Below are positions 46,996 through 60,096 of a stretch of DNA of 64,000 bases, piece by piece. The stretch is from the NCBI RefSeq assembly GCF_000315625.1, contig NW_005434643.1, forward strand, positions 212,130 to 276,129. The letters run 5' to 3'. Source of the DNA: Guillardia theta CCMP2712 (lineage: Eukaryota > Protista > Cryptophyta). Positions within the stretch are counted from its first letter, which is position 1, and each line of letters starts with the position of its first letter. The position numbers were made by a program, and so were the translations under genes. Below the pieces are notes generated by a model. It worked only from the letters and a program-made list of their open reading frames with translations, was not told where the DNA came from and did not search any database.

Positions 46996-48550
46996 TCACT
47001 TGTCAGGTTCACCTTCCTTGTCCTTGTCTTGGAGATCATCTGTGTGAGCGAATGGCGGCAACTCTGAGATGGCGATACTGTTGCGCGTCCTAAGGAAGGC
47101 CAAGGCGCGTTCTGTTGCCTCGTCGCGCTGGGGGTCGTCAGTCCTGTCCTGTTTGCATGCGAGGGTCAGAAGGGCAACAGCAGAGCTGCACAACTAGATC
47201 ACCCCGGGGAATCTGTCTTGACTCCTCCAGCTCTTGAGCTTCTGGAGAGCAGAGCTGGCAACGTGCGCTTGCTCTGGGGACTGGCAGAAACTGTGAGGGA
47301 AGGTTTAGTTTTGCAGCAATCTTACCTGCACAAGGGGAGCCAGGCGTACAATCGCATTCTCAGTTTGCTCTAGAGCCTTCTCAGCCATCGTGAGCTCCTT
47401 ACGAAGTTTGGTCATGTACTGCAATAGGAGGGGTCAGTGAGGCAGGAAAAGGGAAGGATTATCGCGTGTACTTGTTTCAGGTCTGCTTTGTTCTCTGACT
47501 CGAGCATCTTGTTGAACTCTGCCTCGTGTTTCCTCTCTTCCGTTTCTTCCTGGATAGCAAGTAGAAGATGAGATGGAGCAACATTGCGAGTCCTCGCCCA
47601 ACCTTGTTGTGAAGGAGCAAGGTACTCATTCCGAGCAGACATCCGACAACCACTTTCCTCAAACAATCACCAGGTAGCAAGAAAGATCGGAAAGCCTCAA
47701 CTTACCGCCGCAAGCAGCTCCGAACGTGGACACGAGTCGAGTCACCCTTAGTTGTGCCTGCGCTCTGCTCAGCCCGAGGGTTCAGCGCCGCGCGCGAGCT
47801 CACCTGCTCGGAGGTTAACTTAGCCGTTGGCAGCCCGAGGCGAAGAAAGATGGCCTCGACGGTTCCTCCGAAGCAAACGCCAGACACATCGCTGAAGATC
47901 TGACCAGATCAAGTTCAGTTAAGTTCCTACAGGTACAAGCAATGATCAACCTGGCCGAAACCTGCAGCAGTCAGTGTGCTGAGCCCGAAAGTCACGCCCA
48001 GGGTCGAGTCTATCAGGTCTCCCATTGTGATCATGACAACATTGTCCATGAATCCGAAGCCGCTGGCGGCAGGATCAAATGCAGCAAACGACACAAGAAG
48101 AAACGTGGAAGTACATCATTGGGACCGCCGATTGGATGAAGAGGATCCTCTTTTGCTTCGATGACAACTGCATCACATCAATTGCTTCTCTACGACAGTC
48201 ATACAAGCAAACCTCTTGATCTGATTGTGCCGTCGCACCGTCTGCGTTGGCCTTGGTTGAGAAGTTAGTTCGGAGATGCAAGTGCTCTGCCTTCACCTTG
48301 GCCGTGAAGAAACCACGTGGCGCAGACCAACGTTCACTGAGCACCTCATGTCTCAAAGGCTTTCTTACCACTGATGATAACCTAGACAGGTGTGAGCATA
48401 CGAACGCTCAGCACTTCGGTTTACCTGGCTGCTGCTCCTGGCCCTCGGCGAGAGGCCTACATGCGAATCGTCACAACCATCTTGAAGTGGATAAGGTTTC
48501 TGTCACCCAGCTCGTGACGAGATGGGATATGTATCTCGGCGTCTGATGCA
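46996..48550 (-). CDS. TMEM65: TMEM65-family membrane protein with C-terminal coiled-coil extension (multi-exon; start uncertain)
   Basis: LFIQSAVPM|GFGFMDNVVMITMGDLIDSTLGVTFGLSTLTAAGFGQ|IFSDVSGVCFGGTVEAIFLRLGLP…VVVGCLLGMSTLL. Confidence 0.85.
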
Positions 48551-49339
48551 TGCTGATTTGATTTCGAGACAAGAAAGAGAAGGCGTGCATGCTTGATATC
48601 TTATCTTGAAATTGGAAACATCTCACGCACTGAAAACAAGCATGTCAGAAAATAGCTTGAAAATCTTTCGTAACAGAGGGAGAAAAATAGACAAAAGAGC
48701 CACCGAACTAAGTGCAAAAGTCGAAACAGGGCTGGGCATTCCATGATTTCAAAGTTCCAGAGACAAATCGTTGCATAACACAGGAACAGGCACAACAAAG
48801 CGCAGGGGGCGTAGAGGTTTACAGGCGCTGCAGCAGCCAATTTATGCAAGAGGTGGTAAAGAGCCGCAGGAAGGGACAGGTGACAATCCTTCAAGACATG
48901 ATGCATCAAGCAGGAGACCACTCGATGCACTCAGAAGCTCAACGTCAGAAGCACTTGACAGCAGAAGACAAGGGTAAGATAAACTACAGGGGTCCTGAGA
49001 CAGCACGACAGCACAGAGGACGAGAGGGTCAGGGATGCAGCAGCATGGCGCATGAGAGCAGGCTGGACTCATGAGGAGGCTGGAGGAGGCAGCATGACGA
49101 AGAAGCACAAGACATCGGAGGGAGCGGGGCGGAGCTTCATGACCAGCGACACAGGAGCAGCATGGGGAGAAGGGCATAGAATAAAGGTGGTGGGGTCGGA
49201 ATATGAGAAGTGAGGGGTACTTTTAGTACAAGGAGGGGGTACTGCCCACCTCATGAACGTGTAGTACGGGTGGGGCCCGGGGTACCGACTAAGTTTGATT
49301 CCGCGTATCTGGAAGGATACGTGTGACGCCTTCAAAAGA

Positions 49340-50622
49340 ATGCCGGGACATGGCGATCCACGTGGCGATGCGCCGGGCGAGGAGGAGGAAGCGCAGGCAG
49401 GAGAGATCGAAAGAGCCCAGCAGGAAGATGCTTGCTCAAGGGATGAACCGCTGGAGGAGGGGGAGGGGGAGGAAGGTGCTGATGGAGAAGGGGATGAAGA
49501 GGAGAGCGAAGGGGAGGGGGGGGAGTTTGATGATGATGAAGAGCATGCATCCGAAGGCGACGATGAAAGTAGGACAGATAGCATTGAACTGTCTGACAGC
49601 GCTGAGGACGAGACTCGGGAGGACTCAGGCCCTTCACGAGGGTGCAAGCACTACAGCAGGGGTTGTCAATTAGTTGGGCCGTGCTGTCAGAAGACCTTCT
49701 GGTGCCGCTTCTGCCATGACGAGGCAAGCGATCATGCGATCGATCGGCATGCAGTGAAGGAGGTCAAGTGTGCTGAGTGTGGTCTGGTTCAACCTGTGGG
49801 GCCAGCGTGCATCGGGCAGGAGTGTGGAAACGCTTTTGGGAAATATTTCTGCTCCATCTGCAATTTCTTCGACGACAATATCTCGGGAGAGCCTTTTCAT
49901 TGTGACGGGTGTGGGATATGCAGAAAGGGAGGAAGGGAAAACTTCTTTCACTGCGATACATGTGGTTGCTGTTACTCAAACGCGCTGCGGGACCAACACA
50001 GGTATGCTCTTTTCGACCAATCTTCATTTGCAAGTTTTGCAATCTAATCTCATTCAACAAAGATGTATCCAACAGAACATGCATCGGAACTGTCCAGTGT
50101 GCCTGGAGGACCTCTTCACATCAACCACAGTCTGCAAAGTGATGGAGGATCGATTTCGCTCGTATCCTCACTTCAATCTTTTTTATTTCCAGATCCTTCG
50201 CTGCGGTCATGCCATTCACTCCACGTGCTTGCACTCCATGCTGCGATCTCGCACCCAGCTTCTTCGATGCCCGATCTGCATGGTTTCAATCGGAGATCCT
50301 TCGAGGCATTGGTAAGCTTGCTGACTGTCCATGGTGAGCTAGCCGTCCTAACGCAAGTCAGGACATTGATAGACGAGGAAGTCGCGCAGGTTCCGATGCC
50401 CGAGGAGTATCGAGACATGAAGGTCGACACTTGTATAGTAGCAACAGAGGTGACTGCTTCGCAGGTGGTGGTGCTCTGCAACGACTGCTCCGCCACAGGA
50501 GAGACTCCCTTCCACGTGCTCGGTTTGAAGTGTCCGAACAAAGACGTAAGGAAACTTTCAGCCTCACATCCGACCTTCCTGACGCTCTGCAGTGCGGAAG
50601 CTACAACACCCGGCGGTTGTGA
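49340..50622 (+). CDS. RCHY1: CHY zinc finger / CTCHY / RING-H2 E3 ligase (Pirh2/RCHY1 family) with acidic N-terminus
   Basis: GCKHYSRGCQLVGPCCQKTFWCRFCHDE, YFCSICNFFDD, FHCDGCGICRKGG, CPVCLEDLF, CGHAIHSTC, CPIC, VLCNDC, FHVLGLKC, CGSYNTR. Confidence 0.92.
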
Positions 50623-50749
50623 AACTTCCGACACTGTCGCAGTGCCGCTGAAGCAGGAATCGCCGCCGCAGTGTAGCAGGCTCAGTGACAGCGCCAATCC
50701 AGGCTACAGCGCAATCGAATGAAAATTACTTCACCTGTACTTTTACCGT

Positions 50750-51100
50750 ACCGTGCTCCTGCAGTGCCTGTACTTTCTGGCACTGCAGCGCCGGGGCCGG
50801 CGAGCCGCGGCCGAGGCCGCTCCCGGCCCGGGCCCGGCGGCGGCGGGCCCGTGTCAGATTGCTAACTTGAAGTCACGTTGCCAAGTTGACCGTACTCAGT
50901 ACTCTGGCGTATGCCGGATCGGACCGTCACGGTCCGGCGTACCCGGTGCCGTACGAGACTCAGAGTCCCGGAGGAGGCGCCACCGTGGACTCCCGGAGCC
51001 TGGAGTCTGGTCCGTCCGGCCCCGCGCCAGGACTCCCCGCCCGGCGGCCCGGCGGGGCCCCGGGGCTATTACCGTTACTACTGTTTCAGCCTCGACCGTT
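50750..51100. repeat. GC-rich palindromic intergenic island followed by GGGA-rich tract
   Basis: Same motif vocabulary as the other islands. Lies upstream of NCX. Confidence 0.7.
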
Positions 51101-52150
51101 GGTCAGCATAGGCTGAAGAAACGGGGGGACAAGCAGAAAGAGATATGGCAGGGGAGAACTTGGCTCCGAACTCAAAAGAGAGAGAGAGGAAGAGGGAATG
51201 CGAGGGAGGGAGGGAGGGAGGGAGGGAGGCCCAGGGAAGGGAGGGAAGGGAGGGAGGGAGGTAAGCGAGGCCTGAGGGCCGAGCCGGGGAGGGAGGGAGG
51301 GAGCCTGAGAGGGGAGGGGGGAGGTGAGAGAGAGGTAGAGGGCCGAGAGAGGGAGCTGATAGGAGGAGCTGCTGTGTTTTACTCGATATGCAGTGAGGGG
51401 CAAACAATCAGCAAAGGAGGTCGCACGATGAAATGGGACGCTAGGGAGGAGAGAGAGTTGGGAGGAGAGCAGCGGGAGAACAATCAGATAGGAGCAGTCG
51501 GATCGGCAGACATGAAACGAGCTTGTAAAGATGAGTGCATCAGTCAAGAGCTAGGAATGTGGCACACTAGCAGGAGGCGAGAGGAACAGGCGTAGTGCGA
51601 GGCTCTAGGAATGTGAAACAGCAACATGTGACTGTCGGGACACGCATGCCTGTAGCATCCCCGCACGAGAGGAATGAACAGACTTGACGAAGTTTACAAA
51701 TGAGACGTTGAAGCTGTAGATGGCGACAGAATATATCCTAACAACTGTAGACGGATCTTCTGCGCGTGATGGACATGATGGTTCGGATATGACGATGTCG
51801 TAGTACAACATGATTGTTGAGGACAAAGTGATTGGTGTTCACGAAGTGAGAGAGAGAAGAAAGGAGTCAAAGAGGGTTGTGAATGGGAAGATATCTTTTA
51901 CTACAATACCTTCCGATGCTTCAGTGTGACTGTCTTTGTGGCAGACCATTCTGCGTGAACAGTTTCATTCATAACTTGGAGTTCTCGCGACGACCGACAC
52001 GTCTCTGCAACAGAGCGAGTCAAGGGGACCGAGGTGCTGCCCGTGAAGACGATGGAGTGACGGAGCGAAAGGAGAAGCTGCTGCATCCGTGAGGAAGCGA
52101 ACAGTCTGGGTAGAGCATGCACAGAGATTCTACCTGCTAGGTCGACGAGG

Positions 52151-54823
52151 ATGGAGAACATCACGGGCCCATGGGATGGTAGGTGCAAAGGGCTGATACT
52201 CCCCATCTTCCCGTGGGAGTACGAGTGGGACAGCAACTTCCGCGCCTTCCTCTACCTCGTCGGAATGCTCTGGTGCTTCATCGGGATCTCGGTACTGAGC
52301 GACTCCTTCATGAGCGGCATCGACACCATCACCAACTCCACGTACCGCAAGAGGGTGGCGAGGAGGACTCCCGAAGGAGAGGTTGTCTTCGACGAGCAAG
52401 ACATTCCCATCTGGAACCCAGCCGTGGCCAACCTGACGCTCATGGCCCTGGGGTCCTCGACCCCCGAGATCCTCCTTGCTTTGATCGAGCTGCTGGGACG
52501 AGACTTCTTCTCTGGTGACCTAGGCCCTGGAACCGTTCTGGGCTCAGCATCGTTCAACCTCTACATCATCACGGGGCTTTGCATGCTGGTGATCCCTGAG
52601 AATGAGATCCGCAAGGTGAAGGGAGTGTCCGTCTTTCTGCTAACCTCCTTTCACTCCCTCTTCGCCTACATCTGGCTCTATATCGTGCTCGTGGTGAACA
52701 CCAAGGACGTGATCGATCTCTGGGAGGCGGTGGTCACCCTTGCGCTCATGCCGTTCCTCGTCGCTCTCGTCTACCTCGCTGACCGGCACGCGTCGTCGTC
52801 GCAAGTGCTCCCCGAAAGCGAGGACGGAGGTGCGAACCATGACCCGTCTCAGCTCGAGCACGATGGCAAGCAGGATGACGCGGGGTCGGCGATGGAAGTA
52901 ACTCCACAGGAGGAGGAAGGGATTGAAGCCGAGGGGCCTCGCCTGAGAGAGTTCAACAAGAGCCGCGCGATCGAGGCGATCACTCACGCGAAGCAGTCAG
53001 CCACCAAGATGAGCTACCTGGCTCACCGACGCGCGGCAATGAAGATGATGTCTGCTCAGAAGCAAGACTACCGTCACCTCTCCCACTACGTTGCTACTCG
53101 CAAGTCCTCGACTATCGTGCCGCTGGAGGAGGATGGCGACGGCGATTCGTCGACCGTTATGTGGGAAGCGACCAAGTACACATTCCCTCGGAGTGTGCGA
53201 GAGGCTCAGGTCAACGTGGAGAGGAGAGGAAACCTCGATGCGATCGCTCACGTAGACTTCTACACGGAGGATGGAACGGTGAAGGCAGATGAGGCCTACA
53301 AGAGCTCGAGAGGAACCATCACCTTCCATCAGGGTCAGTCGTCAAAGGCCGTCATCATCCCCGTCATCCCCAGCTTTGACTGGAACAAGGCTTCCTACTT
53401 CACCGTCAAGCTGAAGCCCAGCGAGGACTCGCCCACCCGCATCCACCCGCAGGCTGCCTCTGCCATCGTCTGTGTCAGCGACGAGCTCGCCGGGCCCGAG
53501 TTCACGTGGAACTCCAAGGAGGTCTCGTTCCCCAACACCGACAGCCGCGCCATCCTCTTCATCCAGCGTCACCGCAGCTTCGCCGACACCTCGACGGTGC
53601 GGGTTGTGACAGAAGACGGGAGCGCGGTGAGTGGGAAGCACTACAAGCAAATGGAACTGAAGTTGGACTTCCTGCCCCACGAGTCGCTGAAGCAGATCAA
53701 GGTACGCCTCCTCCCCTCCATGGAGCCCAGGTCGCTCTTCTTCACCGTCAAACTCTACGAGGAGCACGAGGGAGTTCAGGTGTCGGAGTCGAGCGAGATC
53801 CGAGTGAAGCTTGAGTCTGACCTCCAGTACCGCGGCAAGGCAACGGAGGGCGAGGAGGGCGAGGAGGAGGAGGTCAGCTGGTCGCAGCAGTTCGTGCAGG
53901 CGCTCAACGTGAACGGGGGGGACGAGAGTTACGACCCGGGTCTGCTCGAGTGCGTCATGCACTTTCTGTCCATCGGCTGGAAGCTTCTGGCCGCCTGCAT
54001 CCCCCCTGGGAGGATCTGGGGAGGATGGGCCTGCTTCTGGGTAGCGCTCTCCATGATCGGGCTAGTGACGGCCCTGGTCGGGGACATGGCGACTGTGTTC
54101 GGGTGCCTGGTCGGCTTGCATGACGCCATCACCGCCATCACCATCGTCGCCCTCGGCACCTCTCTGCCCGACACCTTCGCCTCCATGATCGCCATCCGCA
54201 TGGACTCCACGGCCGACAACGCGTTGGGTAACGTGACTGGCAGCAACTCGGTCAACGTCTTCCTGGGCCTCGGCCTCCCGTGGGTCATCGCGGCCATCAA
54301 GTGGAAGGTGTCGGGGCCGACGGCTCAGTGGCACTCCCTCTACGGGAGCACGTGGGACCTGTACGAGCAGTACAGCACGTCAGGGGCGTTTGTGGTTCAG
54401 TCGGGAGCCCTCGGTTTCAACGTCCTCATTTTCTCGATCCTCACAGCCGCCGCCTTCGTCATCATCGCCATCAGACGCCTGACGCTGGGAACCGAACTGG
54501 GAGGCCCGAGATGGCTGAGCAGAGTGAGTTCAACCTCCTCCTCCTCCTCCTCCTCCTCCTCCTCCTTCTCCTCCTCCTCCTCCTCCCTTTCTAACTCCGT
54601 TCCTCCTGCATTTGCATCACACTTTCTCCTCCTCTTCATCTTGTCAACTTGCAAACGTGTATATCATTGAATTTGCTGCAGTTGTGCGCAAGCGTCTTCT
54701 TCTCACTCTGGGTGATCTACATCGTGGTATGCAGTCTACAGGTGAGAATCGACGAGCAGCAGCCCCTTGTTGGCAGTAAATTTCCCGCAGGTCTACCACC
54801 CCAACGACTTCATAAACCTCTGA
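52151..54823 (+). CDS. NCX: Na+/Ca2+ exchanger (NCX/SLC8 type) with two Calx-beta domains
   Basis: alpha-1 ANLTLMALGSSTPEIL…GPGTVLGSASFN; alpha-2 VALGTSLPDTFAS…NVTGSNSVNVFLGLG; Calx-beta TEDGTVKA…GTITF and TEDGSAVSGKHY. Last exons end VYHPNDFINL*. 5' exons possible. Confidence 0.93.
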
Positions 54824-55382
54824 TCAGCCTTCGCCAATGGGCATCGAAGGAGACGGAGGAAGAGAACGCGGCGTGCGGCAAGGAGGGCCAAGTTTTGACC
54901 TTGGGCGTGCAAGTTTTGTACAGATGATTCATTGAAGAAGGTTTCACTCCTACAACCTCCAGCATCGCAAGGATCGTCTCCTGACAAGTACTCAGAGCCC
55001 CACAATGTCTCTTGTCAGATTATCAGCATCACTCAATCCTCACTCGCATTCTATTCCACCCCTCTCCGATACCCCTCTCCCATTAACCTCCTCCCTTCCT
55101 CCCCACTTCCCATCTTGCCTCCCTGACTGTCCTCCTGTCCTCCCTTTCCCCTCCTCCCTCCCTCCCTCCAACGACCTTGCCCTCTCCCTCCCTCCTTTCC
55201 CTCTGCCTTTCCCTCGTCCATTCGCTTTTCGGCCCCATCCCGGCGGGGCGGGCCTGGTGAGGAGTTTGTTGAAACGAGGAAGGAGCGAGGAGAGGAGGAA
55301 GGAGGGGGGAGAGGACGCGAGGTAGAGGAAGGAGCTGGGAGATGTCAATGCATAGCTACAAGGAGTAGAAAGATGTGAGTCA

Positions 55383-56735
55383 ATGCAGAGCACAGGAAGA
55401 CGTCTGGCTAGACCTCCCATCTTCAGCGAGCGAGCTTCTGTGAGGAAAATGCATTGGGGCGAACAAGGGCGAGGGCGAAGTGGAAGAGCCATACAAGGGC
55501 CGGTCACCTTGAGCCTTCCTGCTGCCTGTCTCTGCCTGGTATGTGTCGTTCTCACGCAGCTGTCCCCTGCTGGTGCTCTGATACTGAGCTTCGGAAGGTG
55601 AGAAATCCACTTCTCCGCTGCTCCCCCTCAACTGAAGTTGCCTCTCCTGTCCGGTGTTGACCCCATGTGACCTGTCCCCGCCCGCGAAGTGCTTCGCCTT
55701 GTCCGACGTTTCTCAAGTCACGTGCATGCTCGTTGAGAAACGTTGGTGCCCGCGGCATCCTCGCGGTTCGAGCCAGGGACATGAACGCGAACGATGTTCC
55801 CGATGAGGAGCTGGTGCAGCGGAGATTGGAGGAGAGCGAAGAGAAGCTAATGAGGTGGAAGAGAAAAGCCCGAGCTCTGCGTGAAAATCGAGATCCTTAT
55901 GTGGAGGAAGCGCAAGAAAACTGGGAGAAGGTTGTCAAGGACGAAGCTTCCACAGAACTGAAGCTCAGGCTGTGGAAGGCAAAAGCTGCCGCGAGCAGGA
56001 AGGGGGTGAGTGTGAGGGGACGGGACAGAACCTGCTGAGCTTATGCTTTCAGGACGCGTGGAGTGCTGAGCAGTCCATACAAGAGATCTTTGAAGAGCAG
56101 CAGGACATGCTCAGGGAGAGTTCGGCGGACGAGCTGAAGACCGTGAGCTCAGAGGAGACAGTGAAGTACGTGGAGGGACGACCTGGCTCCCTTCCGATGC
56201 AAGAGGAAGTGGAGGCTGAAGCAAGGGCTTCGGAAACATTTCAGCAGGTGAAGAGGAGCGAGAGAAGTGGAGAGGGAGAGGCCTTGTGCTTGGCAGCGAG
56301 GAGCGGCAAGATCGAGGCGGTACGTCGGCTGGTACCTCAAAACGCCTTCTCATGCTCTCGCAGGTGATCGTGCTGCTCGGCATGGGAGCAAACGTGGACG
56401 GGTCGGCTAGTGAGTGTGGATGAGAGGAATTCTTTGATTCAAGGTGGCAGGGTGGGGCGGCGAACAGGGCGGACAGCACTGCATGAAGCTGCGCTGCAGG
56501 GTCATGCTGAGGTGTGTGAAGAGGAGGTGGCACAAGGAGTGACGTCCAAGGCAGATTGTGCGGCTGCTGCTCGACAGCGGAGCGAGCACGAGCGTACAGG
56601 ACGCCAACCGGGAGACGCCTCGTGACCTGGCGCAGAGAGCTGGAAGGTTATCTTGCTCTGATGTGACTTCTCACTCTAACAGCACGAAGGGCTGACATCC
56701 TCGTCCTCCTTGATGAGGCTCGCGAAGTCTCTTAG
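55383..56735 (+). CDS. Ankyrin-repeat protein with coiled coil and hydrophobic N-terminal (possible targeting) segment
   Basis: ALCLAARSGKIEA, GANVD, GRTALHEAALQGHAE, RLLLDSG…RETPRDLA across short introns. Start uncertain. Confidence 0.75.
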
Positions 56736-56786
56736 GAAATTGCCCTTACACCATTCAATTTCCCTCCATCAATCAATAAACGATTA

Positions 56787-58336
56787 CTATAGAACAGATT
56801 CGCATTCTAGAAAACAGGTGCTGTGCGAACGCCGCATCGAACTTGTGGTCTGAGGGACCGACGGGCTGCAGTGGACAGGAGAGTACCCGTTCATGTCTGA
56901 AACATTCAACTGTTGAATAATCTTGTTAGAACATCTCATGCTCAGAACGGTCAAGTTACCCTAAGATTCATCGATTGCCGACGTGCTGCACAGTTGAGGA
57001 AAGCTTGCCTTGCTGTGCTTACAGGTCTTCTCTGCATTGCCATCTCATACTGAGATGCCTGGTGAGGAAGTTACAACAAACCCAAGAGATATCATTACAT
57101 TCCCAACCTGCAGGTGAATTCGTTCTGCTTGAGACATTTCGTGATGCGGATGTGTCTGTTTCGAGTAGATTGTGTCCATATTGACCTCTGCGAAACTAAG
57201 AGCGTCTTCAAAGACTTGGAGTGACGAGGCTTGAGACGCTGACATGCGAGCAGAAGGGTCCAAGGTCAGCAGCCCCTTGATCACTGCAGTAAGCCCATTG
57301 CAGATCACTTCCAACTCTCGATCGCTAGGAACCACAGCATTCGGACTCGCTTTGAATCTTTCGGGAGTGCAATGATTCCGAATGATCTTATTCAGCCTGG
57401 ATGGATAAATAGGCCAGTCTCGGAAGTGGATAAAACAGTCCATGGAGGAAAGGAACTTGGGGTCGTTCGGTGAGCCCACAAGGCTAAAGATCTTGTACAG
57501 CTGATCTCCGTTATAGTTGCTGTGTGTGACTTTCTTGCACTTGCAAGTTTCGCTGACTTTCCCACACATGAGGTTCTTACCGATGAGCATCTCAAGGAAA
57601 ATGCATCCGACAGGCCAAACATCGATCTTAGGGCAGTACTTGGCAGCCCCCATCAAGAGCTCGGGGGCCCTGTACCATAGTGTACAAATCTCTCGACCCA
57701 CCATCATTCGTTCTGTAGAAGAGAATTCCCTTGCCAGCCCGAAATCAGCAATCTTTGCAGTCATATCTTGAAAGATCAAGATATTTCCAGGTTTCAAGTC
57801 GCGATGAACCACGAAGGCACTATGCAAATAAGCAACTCCTCGTAGAATGTCTCTGGTCCATCGAGTGATGATCGGCAGATTCAACCCATGACGTTGTCTG
57901 CTGATGATGGTGTGCAAGTCGGTCATGGCCTCTTCCAGTACAATGACTCTTGAGTCGGGTGTAGCCCCGAGGATCGAGATGATGTTTGGATGTGCCCCTG
58001 CAACCTCCATCATCTCTATCTCCCTTCGAAATGCTTCTAATCTCTCCTGTGTAGGGCATCCATTCATTCGAAAGTCCTCTGGATCCAAATCCTGGTCTGG
58101 CCAAACCACCTTCACAACCACTTCCTTGTCTGTGTCAACAACAGTTGCTTGCCACACTCCACCATAAGCCCCCGAACCGATCTTGTTGGCAACCTAAGAA
58201 ACGTTTAGACGCAAAAGATATCAGGAAAGGTGAAAAAAACCTCTAGATCCGAACGCTTAAACTTGCGCATCTTGATAGGTTTGCGCACAAGAGCCGCAGG
58301 TACATATTTAGCACGTAGAGCAGGTGCTGAAGGCAT
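56787..58336 (-). CDS. CMGC/CDK-like Ser/Thr kinase
   Basis: IGSGAYGGVW, VVVKV, HRDLKPGN, ADFGLAR, ICTLWYRAPELLMG, DQLYKIFSLVGSP. First exon MPSAPALRAK…; last exon ends LECESVL*. Confidence 0.9.
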
Positions 58337-60096
58337 GTCCTCTGTGATAATGTAAGACGATAAGAGGACTGACAATCGATAAAAGGAAACCAACCTATTT
58401 CCGCATCATGACTGCCCGCATGCTGCTGTTCATGTGACAGCACCATGATAGCTTCTGTCCACTGTCTATCAGGTATAAGTGGAAGCTCTCAGTCAGCAAA
58501 CAGGGAACGGATACCTCGTAATTTCCTAGAAGGCAACAAGACCTTTCAGCTCCTAGCTTTTGTTGTACAATGGATCAAAGGATTGAGGGATTACAGGGCT
58601 GACAACTTGAATACTTGGCAGCAACACTCGTAAGGTGCGCAACTGTTCCAAAACAAGCTTTAGAGTTTGGGGGAGGCAAATTCTTGCTCGGTCTATTGAA
58701 GATACTTATAATGTTCAGGTTGCAATAGCACCAAACAATGACACCAAAAAAAAAAATAAATGCCAAGGCTAAACATCATAAGACTGATCCGAACCGGGAG
58801 GATCTCGGCAAAGTGTAAGAGAGATGGTAGAGACAACAAGGAGAATGACTCAATGGATGGACAAAAATACAATGATGAGATACAGGTAGAGGACTCATTG
58901 ACATTGTTGAAAGCACGATTGATTGCATCAACAAACCAGGGTTGCGGACGAGAGCGGAAAAATACAGGGTTACAAGGAACAACAAAAACCATGGCTCGAA
59001 TAGCAATCATCAACAAAAACAGCATGCACACATCAACTCCATTGCAGTTGATCAAGAGCAACAGCACAAGCCACCAGGGAACGAGAAGAAGGAGGCAGCG
59101 ACATCATGCAGTATGGGTCCGGCGCTGCGGCTGCATGGCGGAGGAGACTTTACCACACGTTTAGAACGATTTAAGTAATTTTAAAGTTATACGGGTCAGA
59201 AGCTGTGGCTATTTATACATACGTTGGTAATAATCTTTTTCATATATAGTTTTTGATGTCGGTAGAAAACTTATAAAACTATATAAAAATCTTTTAAAAC
59301 TAGCTCGCTCTGCCTCCTTCACTATGGATTATCACCCCACCCCAACACACTACTAGCAACTACCTGTAAGTTTTTACAAACTCTTCCACCACCCCACCTC
59401 CTCAACACCAGAGTATGTTGGGATCACGGTCGGTGCCATTTGAGCAATCTGACCACCCACCAATGCCCTATATGGTCAAGAAATCCGACCATCCTTTTCC
59501 ACTACTTCACCCGTCTGTTGTAGGACAAAACTACCCGTTGATTATACCCGCCAATGACCCCTACCCCAAGAGAATTTATCGAGTTACTCTCAAACCCCGT
59601 CGATCAGCATTTTATTCTGACAACCCCGACCCCTTCTTAATTCTAGTACCCACCCTTTTTGACCCCCCACTTGAAACCAATCGGAAATGTGGACCTTACA
59701 AAAATGCCATAATAATATATCCTACATCTGTACCGTAACTTATATTGCTTTGTACCAGTTGAATGTATACTTTTCAGTAATTGAAGAGAGTCGATTGAGC
59801 TCCTTGGAGACTTTCAACAAATGTGTTACTACCAGGCTGATTCAAAAGAGTCAATTTTCTACGGCAAACATGTGCAAAAAAAAAAGCACTCGGTACAAAC
59901 TTCAGGAGTATATAACAGATGTAAACTTATTATAACTCAACACCTGCAGGGGCGACTTTTAGGTACTCTTCCTGCTATTCATCATAACGATTAACATAAC
60001 TGTTCGATGTGGGAAGGCCGTTGAATCTGCCGTTGAACACGCACGCCGTTGAATTTCCGTTGCAGCAACAACGATTTTTGCATGTAAAAGCCCAAA

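Noticed and set aside
48600-49200. Short ORFs between TMEM65 and RCHY1 (also 5450-6150, 19000-19400, 61390-62300)
   Set aside because: No recognisable motifs or consistent splice model; cannot be supported as genes.
46996-54823. Functional cluster of Ca2+/Mg2+ handling genes (TMEM65, NCX, TMEM94)
   Set aside because: Unrelated genes are interspersed, the compartments differ and there is no shared regulatory evidence; likely chance.
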